Source of the DNA: Candidatus Zhuqueibacterota bacterium
GTDB lineage: Bacteria > Zhuqueibacterota > Zhuqueibacteria > Oceanimicrobiales > Oceanimicrobiaceae
DNA length: 64,000 nt
Direction of reading: 5' to 3'
Assembly: GCA_029262035.1 (NCBI GenBank)
Contig: JAJDAE010000178.1
Span: 105 to 64,104 of the forward strand
A program made the position numbers and the translations under genes. Position 1 is the first letter of the stretch, and every line of letters starts with the position of its first letter. The notes below the pieces were generated by a model that saw only the letters and a program-made list of their open reading frames with translations, had not been told where the DNA came from and did not search any database. Positions 42,331 to 51,365 of this stretch are shown piece by piece.

Positions 42331-43032
42331 ATGAATCTGGAAAATGCAAAAATCCTAATAACGGGTGGTAGCCTGGGTATTGGCAAAGCTGCAGCAAAAA
42401 ATCTTGTAAAAAATGGCGCCAAAGTTGTTATTACCGGGCGTAACCGGAAACGATTAGAGCAAGCAGCCCGGGAGACAGGCGCCCATCCGGTTCTGGCAGA
42501 TGTGACCAGTGAAACCGATCGCGAAAAGACTTTCAATGAAACCTTGTCCACGCTCGGCGGATTGGATGTTCTTATTAATAATGCCGGTATTGGCATACAT
42601 GTGCCTTTATCTGAAGTGACACTTGAAAAATTCCAGGAAGTTTTTTCAACCAATGTTTTTGCTGCCGCACTGATGGCCAAACAAGCCGCCGAAATTTTCA
42701 AAACACAAAAATCGGGGGCAATTGTTAATATCGCTTCTACCTCGGCTCTGAAGGGCTACGAAACCGGCACAATATATTCGGCTTCAAAATTCGCTTTACG
42801 GTCGATGACACAATGCTGGCAAGCTGAGTTGAGAAAATTCAATATCAGGGTAATGGAGATAAATCCAAGTCAGGTGACAACTGCTTTTGGAAATAGTGAG
42901 GGTGTTGAGCGACCTGAGGAAGCAAACAAACTACGGAGTGAGGAAATTGCACACACCATAAAATGTATGCTCGAAATGGATGACAGAGGATTTATACCGG
43001 AACTGACGGTTTTTGCAACTAATCCCTGGTAA
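42331..43032 (+). CDS. SDR-family short-chain dehydrogenase/reductase
   Basis: Rossmann motif ILITGGSLGIGKAAAKNL. Catalytic YxxxK (YSASK). 233 aa. Confidence 0.85.
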   Translation: MNLENAKILITGGSLGIGKAAAKNLVKNGAKVVITGRNRKRLEQAARETGAHPVLADVTSETDREKTFNETLSTLGGLDVLINNAGIGIHVPLSEVTLEKFQEVFSTNVFAAALMAKQAAEIFKTQKSGAIVNIASTSALKGYETGTIYSASKFALRSMTQCWQAELRKFNIRVMEINPSQVTTAFGNSEGVERPEEANKLRSEEIAHTIKCMLEMDDRGFIPELTVFATNPW

Positions 43033-43042
43033 ACCCCGGCCG

Positions 43043-44776
43043 CTATTCTGCAGTATAGATACTGATACCCCAACTGGCAGGATCATTAGGTGGTGACGAG
43101 TTCCATTCGGTATATGAATGGGAATCATCCGATCTATAATAAACGTTATACTCGCCTTTTTTCAGGAAAATGATGCCCTCGAAAAATCGATTCTTGATGT
43201 TGCCGCCTGCATACTCGGTTTCATCATACTCCATTTCCCAGATGGTTCTGTTGGTCTCGGCATCTTCTATCCAACCATAATCGTACATTCTGCCTTTTGT
43301 CCCTTCTCCCAGCGCATAGATGCGAACATCACCATCTTTACTTTGAATAAAATTTCTTCTTTCGCGCTCAGAATCTCCGGCCTTCACCAATTGGACGATT
43401 GCACCTACATCTCTTTTTTCGGTAACCTCTATCGCACTTCCATTGTAGTCTTCAACAGCAAGAATTTTTATTCCCCAGTTTTCAGGATCATAAGGAGGTG
43501 CATCATTCCACTCCCAATAAGAATGGTTGTCATCAGTTATCGCATACACAACATAATTCCCTTTTGGCAAAGACACTATGCCATCATGAATACGATTTTT
43601 AATGCCGCCGCCAGCATGCTCAGTATTGTAATAGGTCATTTCCCATACTTTTTCGTGGGTCTTAGTATTCACGATCCAGGAATAATCGTGCATCATGCGC
43701 CGTTTGCCTTCGCCTACTGCGTAAACCCGCACTTTTGCATCTTCCTTGCAAATAAGTTGCTTTGAGATAAACTCATTGTCACGTAACTTGTTACATTGAA
43801 CAATAATATTCTTTTCTTCTTCATCCTTAAAATCATAATGATGGACATATTTCTTCATGGAGGGCTCTTTTACTTTCAGAGTCATACCCCAAAACTCGGG
43901 ATCATTTGGCGGTGCCTCGTTCCAGTCACTACTCGAATGAGAATCATCAGTTACAAAAAATGCGGCATACTCCCCTTCGGGCAAGAAAATGGATTCCTGT
44001 GAGAGCCTATTTTTACTTGCACCACCCGCTGGTTTCGAATTATGAAAAGTCTGCTTCCACACTTTCTCATGCTTTTCTTTATCGAAAATCCAACCGTAAT
44101 CAAAGGTGCCGTCTTTCCTGATTTCACCCAGCACATAAAGTTCCAGGTCCATTCCTTTGTCAAGACGAAATCCTTGATCAAGACGGGTTTCATCCAATAA
44201 TCCTGTCATTCTTACAATGGAATTTTCAAGAAATGACTCGTGCAATTCTTTAACTTCTCGTGCATAATATCTTTTTCCTTTACCTCGGACCACAATCTTA
44301 AATTTCCCGACATCCTTACCAAAGGCATGGTATAAATCTTCGTTATTCCCTTCTTTAAACCATTTTTTAAACCAACCGGAAAAAAACTTTTCAACACCCT
44401 CTGAATCTTTAATATTATATTGTGGAAAAGAGGAGTAGTAGACTTCATATGAGCCGGCAGGCAACGATAAATTTTCATCAAAATATATTAATCGTTTAAC
44501 TTCTTTGCTGGGCTCAATGTGAGACATATCCCACACAACTTCACGCGTGGCGGCATCTAATATCCATGCCCGGGTAAACGTCCAGTTATGACGGCGGCTG
44601 CCGGTAAAGCCAATAGCATTTATTTCGATATTTTGTTGGGAAGGTAATTTGAATCCTTCAACTCTGACGTCTCGCACTTTGATATTGTCAATTTCAGTCA
44701 AAATATTATTTTGAGCATGAATATCCAATGCGAAAATATATAGTCCCAAAAGTATTACTTTAGGTATAAATTTCAT
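43043..44776 (-). CDS. Secreted hypothetical protein built of four ~140-aa internal repeats (DYGWI…W.M.Y…AGG.IKNR…G.Y.VY…DD.HSY.EWN..PP.DP..WGI)
   Basis: Signal peptide MKFIPKVILLGLYIFALDIHA (start set at ATG 44776). Four self-similar modules are visible by eye. No known catalytic motif. Confidence 0.5.
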   Translation of the reverse strand: MKFIPKVILLGLYIFALDIHAQNNILTEIDNIKVRDVRVEGFKLPSQQNIEINAIGFTGSRRHNWTFTRAWILDAATREVVWDMSHIEPSKEVKRLIYFDENLSLPAGSYEVYYSSFPQYNIKDSEGVEKFFSGWFKKWFKEGNNEDLYHAFGKDVGKFKIVVRGKGKRYYAREVKELHESFLENSIVRMTGLLDETRLDQGFRLDKGMDLELYVLGEIRKDGTFDYGWIFDKEKHEKVWKQTFHNSKPAGGASKNRLSQESIFLPEGEYAAFFVTDDSHSSSDWNEAPPNDPEFWGMTLKVKEPSMKKYVHHYDFKDEEEKNIIVQCNKLRDNEFISKQLICKEDAKVRVYAVGEGKRRMMHDYSWIVNTKTHEKVWEMTYYNTEHAGGGIKNRIHDGIVSLPKGNYVVYAITDDNHSYWEWNDAPPYDPENWGIKILAVEDYNGSAIEVTEKRDVGAIVQLVKAGDSERERRNFIQSKDGDVRIYALGEGTKGRMYDYGWIEDAETNRTIWEMEYDETEYAGGNIKNRFFEGIIFLKKGEYNVYYRSDDSHSYTEWNSSPPNDPASWGISIYTAE

Positions 44777-44930
44777 CTGACAGGAATCTCCGTTTCGACA
44801 AGCAATTGGATAGGGAATCACCCTAGCAATAAGGTACTTACGCGGCTTGTAACAAAATGTTACTATTTTATTAACGAGCCGTCAGAGTTAGAGTTTCAAA
44901 GAACAAATATTTTTTAGTCTACTAAGCTAA

Positions 44931-45067
44931 ATTATTCATAAATTTTAAATGATGTGCCTGGCACTTAGTAGCTTTTCATAAGGTTAGCAAATAAGCAAAT
45001 ATTTAATAGCTTTTACAATTTTGAGTAAGTGCCAGGCACATTTTTGCCAGTTTGTGAATAATAGAAG
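44931..45067. repeat. Copy 1 of a ~135-bp repeated element carrying a ~20-bp imperfect inverted repeat (AAATGATGTGCCTGGCACTTAGTAG … TTGAGTAAGTGCCAGGCACATTTTT)
   Basis: Near-identical, ~90%, to 51379-51511 in the same orientation. The internal arms at 44946-44970 and 45021-45045 are reverse complements. Confidence 0.85.
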
Positions 45068-45415
45068 CTAAGCTTCTTTGTCTTGTTTTTTTGATGTAAA
45101 AAAGTAGTACATTACCAAAGCAAGTCCGCCTAAAATAAACATAGCGCTTATGGTTACTTCTTCCTGGATATAGCCCGGCCCATACATACCAATTAAAATT
45201 GCAATACCAAGCGCAACCAAAACCATACCGTATTTCAGTGAGGTCTCCGGATTATTAACAATTTTAGTTTGAAATAAAGCCGAGGCTTTCTCATCAACAA
45301 TGCCTTTATCTACAAGTTTTTTACGTACAACATTATCAGAAATAGTTTTTATAACCATAAAAAATGTAAAAAAGACAGTAGGTACAACAACAATTGGAAC
45401 CCAAATTTCAGACAT
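45068..45415 (-). CDS. Small hypothetical membrane protein (2 TM)
   Basis: 115 aa with two hydrophobic helices. No motif recognised. Confidence 0.45.
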   Translation of the reverse strand: MSEIWVPIVVVPTVFFTFFMVIKTISDNVVRKKLVDKGIVDEKASALFQTKIVNNPETSLKYGMVLVALGIAILIGMYGPGYIQEEVTISAMFILGGLALVMYYFFTSKKQDKEA

Positions 45416-45561
45416 TTTTTTCTCCTTTATTTTGTTTAATGTTATCCTATCGTTTCATGCCATTTGACAAACCAGTTGCACAAATGTTGCAAATGAGCTA
45501 ATAATTATTTTAATTGCAACAAAAGTTGATGTTGTTTGTCTATTTAAACAATGAGGAAGAA

Positions 45562-46131
45562 ATGACAAACGACCACGAAATAATTAAAAAAATAAATGCG
45601 GGCGATACAACTGCTTTTGAACTAATCATCGAAGACTATAAAAGATTAGTTTATAACATAGTGTTTCGTATGGTTCAAAATACCAAAGATGTTGAAGACT
45701 TATGTCAGGATGTTTTCGTTAAAGTATACCGCAATCTGTCGAGTTTTCAATTTCAATCGAAATTATCAACCTGGATTGGAACGATTGCCTATAACACCAC
45801 TATCAACTATTTGAAAAAAAAACGGGTTAAGCTAAAAGATGAGCTTGGTAAAAACTCTGCTTTTGAGGACTATATCAGCGACGAGAATACCCCCCAGGAT
45901 GACACCGAGATGGGCGATCTAGCTCATCGTTTAAAAACTGAGATTGAAAGTTTACCAATCAAATTCAGGACAATTCTATCTCTGTTTCATTTAGAAGAAA
46001 TGAGTTATTCGGAAATAGCGAAGATAACCAACCTACCTGAGGGTACGGTAAAAAGCTATTTATTCAGAGCTCGCAAGCTCCTAAAAGAACAATTGCTTAA
46101 AAAATACCAAAAAGAGGAGTTGTTTCAATGA
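45562..46131 (+). CDS. ECF-family RNA polymerase sigma factor
   Basis: Region 2 (DLCQDVFVKVYRNLSSF) and region 4 HTH (MSYSEIAKITNLPEGTVKSYLFRARKLL). Start set at ATG 45562 after a GAGGAAG RBS. Confidence 0.85.
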   Translation: MTNDHEIIKKINAGDTTAFELIIEDYKRLVYNIVFRMVQNTKDVEDLCQDVFVKVYRNLSSFQFQSKLSTWIGTIAYNTTINYLKKKRVKLKDELGKNSAFEDYISDENTPQDDTEMGDLAHRLKTEIESLPIKFRTILSLFHLEEMSYSEIAKITNLPEGTVKSYLFRARKLLKEQLLKKYQKEELFQ

Positions 46132-46616
46132 AAAATTGGAATGATGAAAAACTGCAAGAATTTCTCGATAAAATAGTCAGGGAAAAAGCATCGGTAAAAC
46201 CAGAAGATATTGATGAAAAATCCAAAGAGAATCTTGAGCAGTATCAAAAACTATATGAAATTTTGCAGGAACAGCCTAAGATTAATCTTTCAAACACTTT
46301 TACTCAGTCTGTTTTAAAAAAGATTAACAAATCTGAAAACAGAATATGGTCAACAATTTGGCCAGTATTATTTGCGATTGCAGGTTTAATGGCGGGGTCT
46401 GCTGTCATCTTTTTTGTGACTAAACCATACCTTAATATAGGCGGTTTCGGAGATTTCTTTTACACAAAAATTGTATCTGACAACTTCAAGAATGTTCTGG
46501 GAGACTTAGAAACACATTTTAATTTTATGTTACTTGGGCTTGGGATTGCAAGCTTTCTTACAATAATTTTACTGGATAAATTACTTAAACCGCAAAATAC
46601 GTTCAAGTCTTCTTGA
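46128..46616 (+). CDS. Putative membrane-bound anti-sigma factor (translationally coupled to the ECF sigma, ATGA overlap)
   Basis: 162 aa with a cytoplasmic N-terminal ~70 aa and two TM segments. Its position immediately after the ECF sigma fits the call. Confidence 0.45.
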   Translation: MKNWNDEKLQEFLDKIVREKASVKPEDIDEKSKENLEQYQKLYEILQEQPKINLSNTFTQSVLKKINKSENRIWSTIWPVLFAIAGLMAGSAVIFFVTKPYLNIGGFGDFFYTKIVSDNFKNVLGDLETHFNFMLLGLGIASFLTIILLDKLLKPQNTFKSS

Positions 46617-47100
46617 GGGAGGAGAATGATGCTGTCTTCTTTTACTTACCACTCCTAGTATTTATAAAATAAAAATTCCATCCACAGCAGAAACTCAACT
46701 CAGCCCTAAAAACCTCTACCGCACATCCCAAGTCTGACCTCGTATCTGCTGTGTATGGACATTATATCCTCCACTGGGTTCTCTCAATGCTCAGTCAAAA
46801 CTGACACCACTGGCCCGCCAAACAGTGGTGCCGAATTAACCGCTCCCCCAACAAAAGACTAACAAAGGCAGAAAAAATCAAATGACCCATTTTAATTGAG
46901 CACACAACAAATTTAGCATCTTTCAAGTCAAAGCCCATAAGCCTTCTGGCAAAAAACTACTAAGCATTTGGCTAACAGGCCGGGCTAAATTCTTGCGTAC
47001 AATCGCTTGCCTGCTCATATTCTCTGGTCTAAACTCAAAAAACAATCGGTATTGCTTTTTGTCACACTGATTCTTATGATAGACTTGTCTAATTTATTTT

Positions 47101-47916
47101 ATGGGAATTATCATTTTGGTTGAAACAAATTCAGCACAATTTATTGTAGCCATTAGCTTCACGATATCGGCTATACTGCTTATTGTCATTTCTTTTGCAA
47201 TACACATTTTAATTGCCAACAAACATCTAAATCTTGCTCAAAAAAAACTAAAAACCATGACTGCCAACTTATCTGCAGCGGAGGAACGAGAAAGAAAACG
47301 TATCGCTGAAGATTTGCACGACTGCATTGGTGAGACTTTGGTTGTAAGCAACCATTCATTGCAGGAACTGAAAAAAAAGTGGAGCTCCGAAGAAGCATCT
47401 CAGGACTTGGATGAGCTAAGCGGGACCATTGGCAAATTGATGAAAGGCGCCCGTTCCCTGATTTTTGATCTGATCCCGCCGGCGTTGTACGATATTGGCC
47501 TGGAAGCTGCCCTCGAATCTTTTGTGGCAAAGTACAAACAGCAGTACCGAATTGATGTGAAGTTTGAAACCGATGGAAAACCCAAACCACTTGAGACCGA
47601 CGTTGCTGTCTTTTTGTATAAAGCCGTTCGGGAATTTATTTTAAATACGGTAAAACATGCCGGTGCAGATTGTGTTACCATAAAATTGTGTAACATTCAA
47701 AAAAAATGCCAGGTAATAGTTGAAGATAACGGCAAAGGTTTTGAGCCTGAATATGCAAAAAAGTATCAAACTTCCAACAGCGGTTATGGATTATTTAACA
47801 TACAAATTCAGGCAGAACATTACGGGGGAAATTTCGAGATCGGATCTTCACCCTCGGGCGGGGGACAAGTAAAACTTGTTGTACCGCTACAAAAGGAAAA
47901 TCCTGATGCCAATTAA
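47101..47916 (+). CDS. Membrane-anchored sensor histidine kinase, HisKA_3 (NarL/LiaS/DesK-type) with HATPase_c, no extracytoplasmic sensor domain
   Basis: N-terminal 1-2 TM, then coiled-coil. H-box DLHDCIGETL. HATPase (EDNGKGF; GYGLFNIQ). Confidence 0.85.
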   Translation: MGIIILVETNSAQFIVAISFTISAILLIVISFAIHILIANKHLNLAQKKLKTMTANLSAAEERERKRIAEDLHDCIGETLVVSNHSLQELKKKWSSEEASQDLDELSGTIGKLMKGARSLIFDLIPPALYDIGLEAALESFVAKYKQQYRIDVKFETDGKPKPLETDVAVFLYKAVREFILNTVKHAGADCVTIKLCNIQKKCQVIVEDNGKGFEPEYAKKYQTSNSGYGLFNIQIQAEHYGGNFEIGSSPSGGGQVKLVVPLQKENPDAN

Positions 47917-48579
47917 TTTGCTACTGGTTGATGACCATACAATTATTCGCTCCAGCTTACGTGCACTGCTTGAGCAGCAGTCTGACATAAAAGTAGTTGC
48001 CGAAGCGGCTGATGGCGAAGAGGCAGTGGCATTGGCCAAACAATTTATGCCGGATATTGTTTTAATGGATGTCATGTTGCGCGGCTCCAAAATTACAGGA
48101 TTACAGGATTACAGGCGACAGAAATAATAACCAAATCTAACCCCACAATCAAAATAATAGCTCTGTCGGTTGTTGAGGAGTTAAGCCACGTGAAAGGGAT
48201 GATTGCGGCAGGCGCATCGGGGTATTTATTTAAGATGTGCTCAGAAAATGAACTTGTGAAAGCTATCCATGATGTACTGGCAGGCAAAACTTGTTTTAGC
48301 GAGGGCGCTTCACAAGCCATAAGTAAAGACTACATGAGTATTTTAAGGAATGATGGTGACACCCCAAATCTTACTGTCCGGGAATTTGAAATGCTGCGTC
48401 TTCTTGCCTCCGGGCAGCCATCCAAAAGTATTGCTATGAATTTGAATATTTCCCGCAAAACCGTAGATGCTCACAAACGCAATATTATGGAAAAACTAAA
48501 TATTTGGAGCATTGCCGAACTCACCCAATACGCCATGCGCAAAGGAATAATTTCCGATGACGAGGGCTTGAATCAATAA
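47906..48579 (+). pseudogene. NarL/LuxR-family response regulator (receiver + HTH) interrupted by a +8 frameshift within an 8-bp repeat present three times
   Basis: The receiver MPINLLLVDDHTIIR…DIVLMDVML runs in frame A to a stop at 48125. Frame B continues …ATEIITKSNPTIKIIALS…LTVREFEMLRLLASGQPSKSIAMNL… (LuxR HTH). Deleting one ATTACAGG unit restores a single 221-aa ORF. The start overlaps the HK stop (ATGCCAATTAA). Confidence 0.8.
48092..48115 (+). repeat. 8-bp unit ATTACAGG present three times in tandem inside the response-regulator gene
   Basis: Three perfect head-to-tail copies seen directly. The unit length is not a multiple of 3. Confidence 0.9.
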
Positions 48580-48640
48580 GTTCTTTGTCTCCATCCCAAG
48601 TTGCAATATTTAAGAATTCGTGTTATAAGGGAAAGGGTGG

Positions 48641-49321
48641 CTAAACAGCCGCTATCTCCTCCTCAGGATTGGATTTATAAATATATGCTACAATTATACC
48701 GGCTGTAAACAAAATATTACGGAGTATATTTAAGGTGTTTCGGGAATAAAGTAAGTGCCAAAGGACATCGCGGTTTTTAAGGTAAAAAAATGCTTCAACA
48801 ATAATTGAACCTGTATAATAAATCAAGATAGATACTAAGAACCAAAAAATAGAATTTTTAAATAACTCGCCTTCGTACTTTGACCAAACTTGGTGTATAG
48901 TATACAAACTTAAGATTGAAATTATTATCATCGTGAGGGGGCGAGAAATATAATTTATAGTTTCTGCATCAAAAATTTCAATCTCATAAATTTTCAATAG
49001 CGTATAGCTTATTAAATAAACCGGAATGCTGATTTTAATAAAATTTGAAATCTGTTTTTTTTCTTGCCACGTGGAAAGGATGTATGCTAAAATTGAATAT
49101 TCAAGGGGTGTGTAAAAATGTATAATCCAGGCATTTGGTTTGCCTTGTAGGCTATAAATTAGAAAAACAACTTCCATCGCTGCGTCAAAAGTAAAAAATC
49201 CCCATATTGGGAAAAAACTTTTTCTTTGTTTTACATGCCAAAGGAAAGCAGTTCCAAATATAAAAGGCAACATAGTAGATATATTTGAAATTATGATAAT
49301 TATGGGTTTATCGAAAAACAT
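48641..49321 (-). CDS. Hypothetical polytopic membrane protein (AT-rich gene, ~6 TM)
   Basis: 226 aa, strongly hydrophobic, markedly AT-rich and Ile/Phe/Tyr/Lys-rich composition compared with its neighbours. Confidence 0.45.
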   Translation of the reverse strand: MFFDKPIIIIISNISTMLPFIFGTAFLWHVKQRKSFFPIWGFFTFDAAMEVVFLIYSLQGKPNAWIIHFYTPLEYSILAYILSTWQEKKQISNFIKISIPVYLISYTLLKIYEIEIFDAETINYISRPLTMIIISILSLYTIHQVWSKYEGELFKNSIFWFLVSILIYYTGSIIVEAFFYLKNRDVLWHLLYSRNTLNILRNILFTAGIIVAYIYKSNPEEEIAAV

Positions 49322-49451
49322 TAAACTTTTATATTTTAGCCTGTTTAAAAAATTTAAAACCTAAAAATAAAATAGCAAAAAGACTAATTAAGTCAACGTA
49401 AAATATTTCAAAAATGTTGCATTTCTAAATTGCGCATTAGACCCTGAAAAA

Positions 49452-49477
49452 ACTGGTGGTTCGTTCCCGAACCACCA
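49452..49477 (-). terminator. Rho-independent terminator on minus strand (CTGGTGGTTCG-GGAA-CGAACCACCAG followed by T6)
   Basis: Perfect 11-bp stem with a downstream T-run on the minus strand, ~370 nt after the zwf stop. Confidence 0.55.
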
Positions 49478-49494
49478 GGCCAAAACAAACGAAC

Positions 49495-49776
49495 TTATGC
49501 AGCTTTTAAATATTGGTCACTCAAAAGCACCTCAGAACTTTTTGAAGAAATTGTGGACCCAACATTCAAAACATTATCATACCCACAATCAGGAGGGCAT
49601 TGGGATGACATATCCATAAACTGCTCAAAAAACATTGCTTTGTGCAGAGCATGATCCGGAGAGCTAATTGTTGGGATAATGCGGGTGCTGAGTCGTTTTT
49701 TAAAACTCTCAAAACTGAACTGATTTGCACAATGTTCATCAGGTAAAACATGAGCTTTTCGAGTATTCGGAGACAA
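49495..49776 (-). pseudogene. Possible degenerate remnant of an IS3-family transposase C-terminus (very tentative)
   Basis: The 93-aa ORF contains …[11 protein letters not shown]…[19 protein letters not shown]…GYD…, loosely collinear with the IS3 OrfB tail (…ESFFgtLKsE…IseLkdAIveYIE.yN…GY.sP). It sits between zwf and a terminator in an otherwise non-coding 500-bp gap. Confidence 0.2.
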
Positions 49777-49847
49777 GCTAAAATATTAAACCTTCAAAAA
49801 GAGGTTTCTTAAAAAAACCATTTCACTCTTCTCTAGTTTAGTCCTGA

Positions 49848-51365
49848 CTACAATTTAGCCCAACTTCTACCATCCCTTGCCATCAAATCATCCGAGGCAA
49901 CCGGTCCCCAGGTACCTGCCCGATACGGAAGTACCGGCAGCCTATCCTGAGCCGACCAGCCATTGAGAATTTTATCTACAAAAGTCCAGGCGGCATCAAC
50001 CTCATCGTGGCGAATAAAAAGAGTGCTGTCGCCGAGAATTGCATCCAGAATCAGGCGTTCGTACGCCTCTGGTTGTTCTGCCTGGAAAACATCGCTGTAA
50101 CAAAACTCCATCTCATTGGGTTGCAAAATCATTTTCTGGCCGGGAATTTTCAAACCAAACCGAAGCCGGATGGCCTCATTGGGCTGCACACGAATAGACA
50201 ATTGATTCGGCGTGCTTTGATTATGGTCACCTCCGTTATCGAACATTGCGAGCGGCGGCTGCCGGAACTGAATTGTAATTTCAGTAATTCGTTTTGGCAG
50301 CGCTTTGCCGGTTCGAAAATAGAAAGGCACTCCCGACCAACGCCAATTGTCTACAAAAAATTTCAGCGCTACGAAAGTTTCCGTTCGGGAGTCCGGGGCA
50401 ACATCTTTTTCACTTAAAAAATCTGTTATCTTTTTTCCGGCAACTGAACCTGTTGCATATTGGCCTCTAACCGTGTGCTCCTTAATTTCACTATCATTAT
50501 ATAACCGCAGCGAACTGAGCACCTTTACTTTTTCATCTCGGACGGCTTTAGGAGCAAAAGAAGAAGGAGGTTCCATCGCGATAAGCGCAAGCAACTGCAA
50601 CATATGATTTTGCACCATATCCCGGAGCGCCCCGGAATGGTCATAATAACCACCCCGGCCTCCAACGCTGCCGGCTTCAGCGACAGTAATTTGCACATGG
50701 TCAATATATCGTCGATTCCACAAAGGTTCGTAAATACTGTTTCCAAACCGGAAAGCCAAAATGTTCTGAACTGTTTCCTTCCCCAAATAATGGTCAATGC
50801 GATAAATCTGGCTTTCATGTAGGACTGAACGCACATTATTATTTAAAGCAACTGCTGATTCCAGATCGCGACCAAACGGCTTCTCAATAATAACCCGTGT
50901 CCAAAATTCAGGGTCATGATAATCTGCAATTTGACCGGTTTGTCCCAGCATGGAGACTATATTAAAAAATACTTGGGGTGGTGTTGACAAATAGTACAAT
51001 TTATTGCTAATGGCATCTTCACCATGAAGTTCTTTTTCAAGCTCACCAACTCGCAGTGCCAAAGATTCAAAACTCGACTTGTCATCATAGTGGCCTTGTT
51101 GGTAATACAATTTGCCGATAAAGGATTGCACTTCATCAGAATCAGTTGTGGGTTTGGAGCGTGAAAATTTGACCAGACTTTCCTGCATTAATTCACGGAA
51201 CACATCATCCGACATCTCTTTACGAGCGAAACCAATAATTTTAGTTTCTGAAGGCATCAACCCTTCTTTGTAAATTTGAAACAAGGCAGGGATCAGCTTT
51301 CTTTTGGCCAAATCTCCCGATGCACCAAAAATAACAATGGTTGTTGGTCTAATATCCATTTTCAT
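49848..51365 (-). CDS. zwf: Glucose-6-phosphate 1-dehydrogenase
   Basis: NADP-binding IVIFGASGDLAKRKLIPAL. Active-site RIDHYLGKE. 505 aa. Confidence 0.95.
   Translation of the reverse strand: MKMDIRPTTIVIFGASGDLAKRKLIPALFQIYKEGLMPSETKIIGFARKEMSDDVFRELMQESLVKFSRSKPTTDSDEVQSFIGKLYYQQGHYDDKSSFESLALRVGELEKELHGEDAISNKLYYLSTPPQVFFNIVSMLGQTGQIADYHDPEFWTRVIIEKPFGRDLESAVALNNNVRSVLHESQIYRIDHYLGKETVQNILAFRFGNSIYEPLWNRRYIDHVQITVAEAGSVGGRGGYYDHSGALRDMVQNHMLQLLALIAMEPPSSFAPKAVRDEKVKVLSSLRLYNDSEIKEHTVRGQYATGSVAGKKITDFLSEKDVAPDSRTETFVALKFFVDNWRWSGVPFYFRTGKALPKRITEITIQFRQPPLAMFDNGGDHNQSTPNQLSIRVQPNEAIRLRFGLKIPGQKMILQPNEMEFCYSDVFQAEQPEAYERLILDAILGDSTLFIRHDEVDAAWTFVDKILNGWSAQDRLPVLPYRAGTWGPVASDDLMARDGRSWAKL

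Noticed and set aside
44954-44975. TGGCAC within the repeat element looked like a sigma-54 -24 box
   Set aside because: The required GC of the -12 element (TGGCAC-N5-TTGC) is not at the correct spacing in copy 1 and is absent in copy 2. The TGGCAC is simply half of the palindrome.
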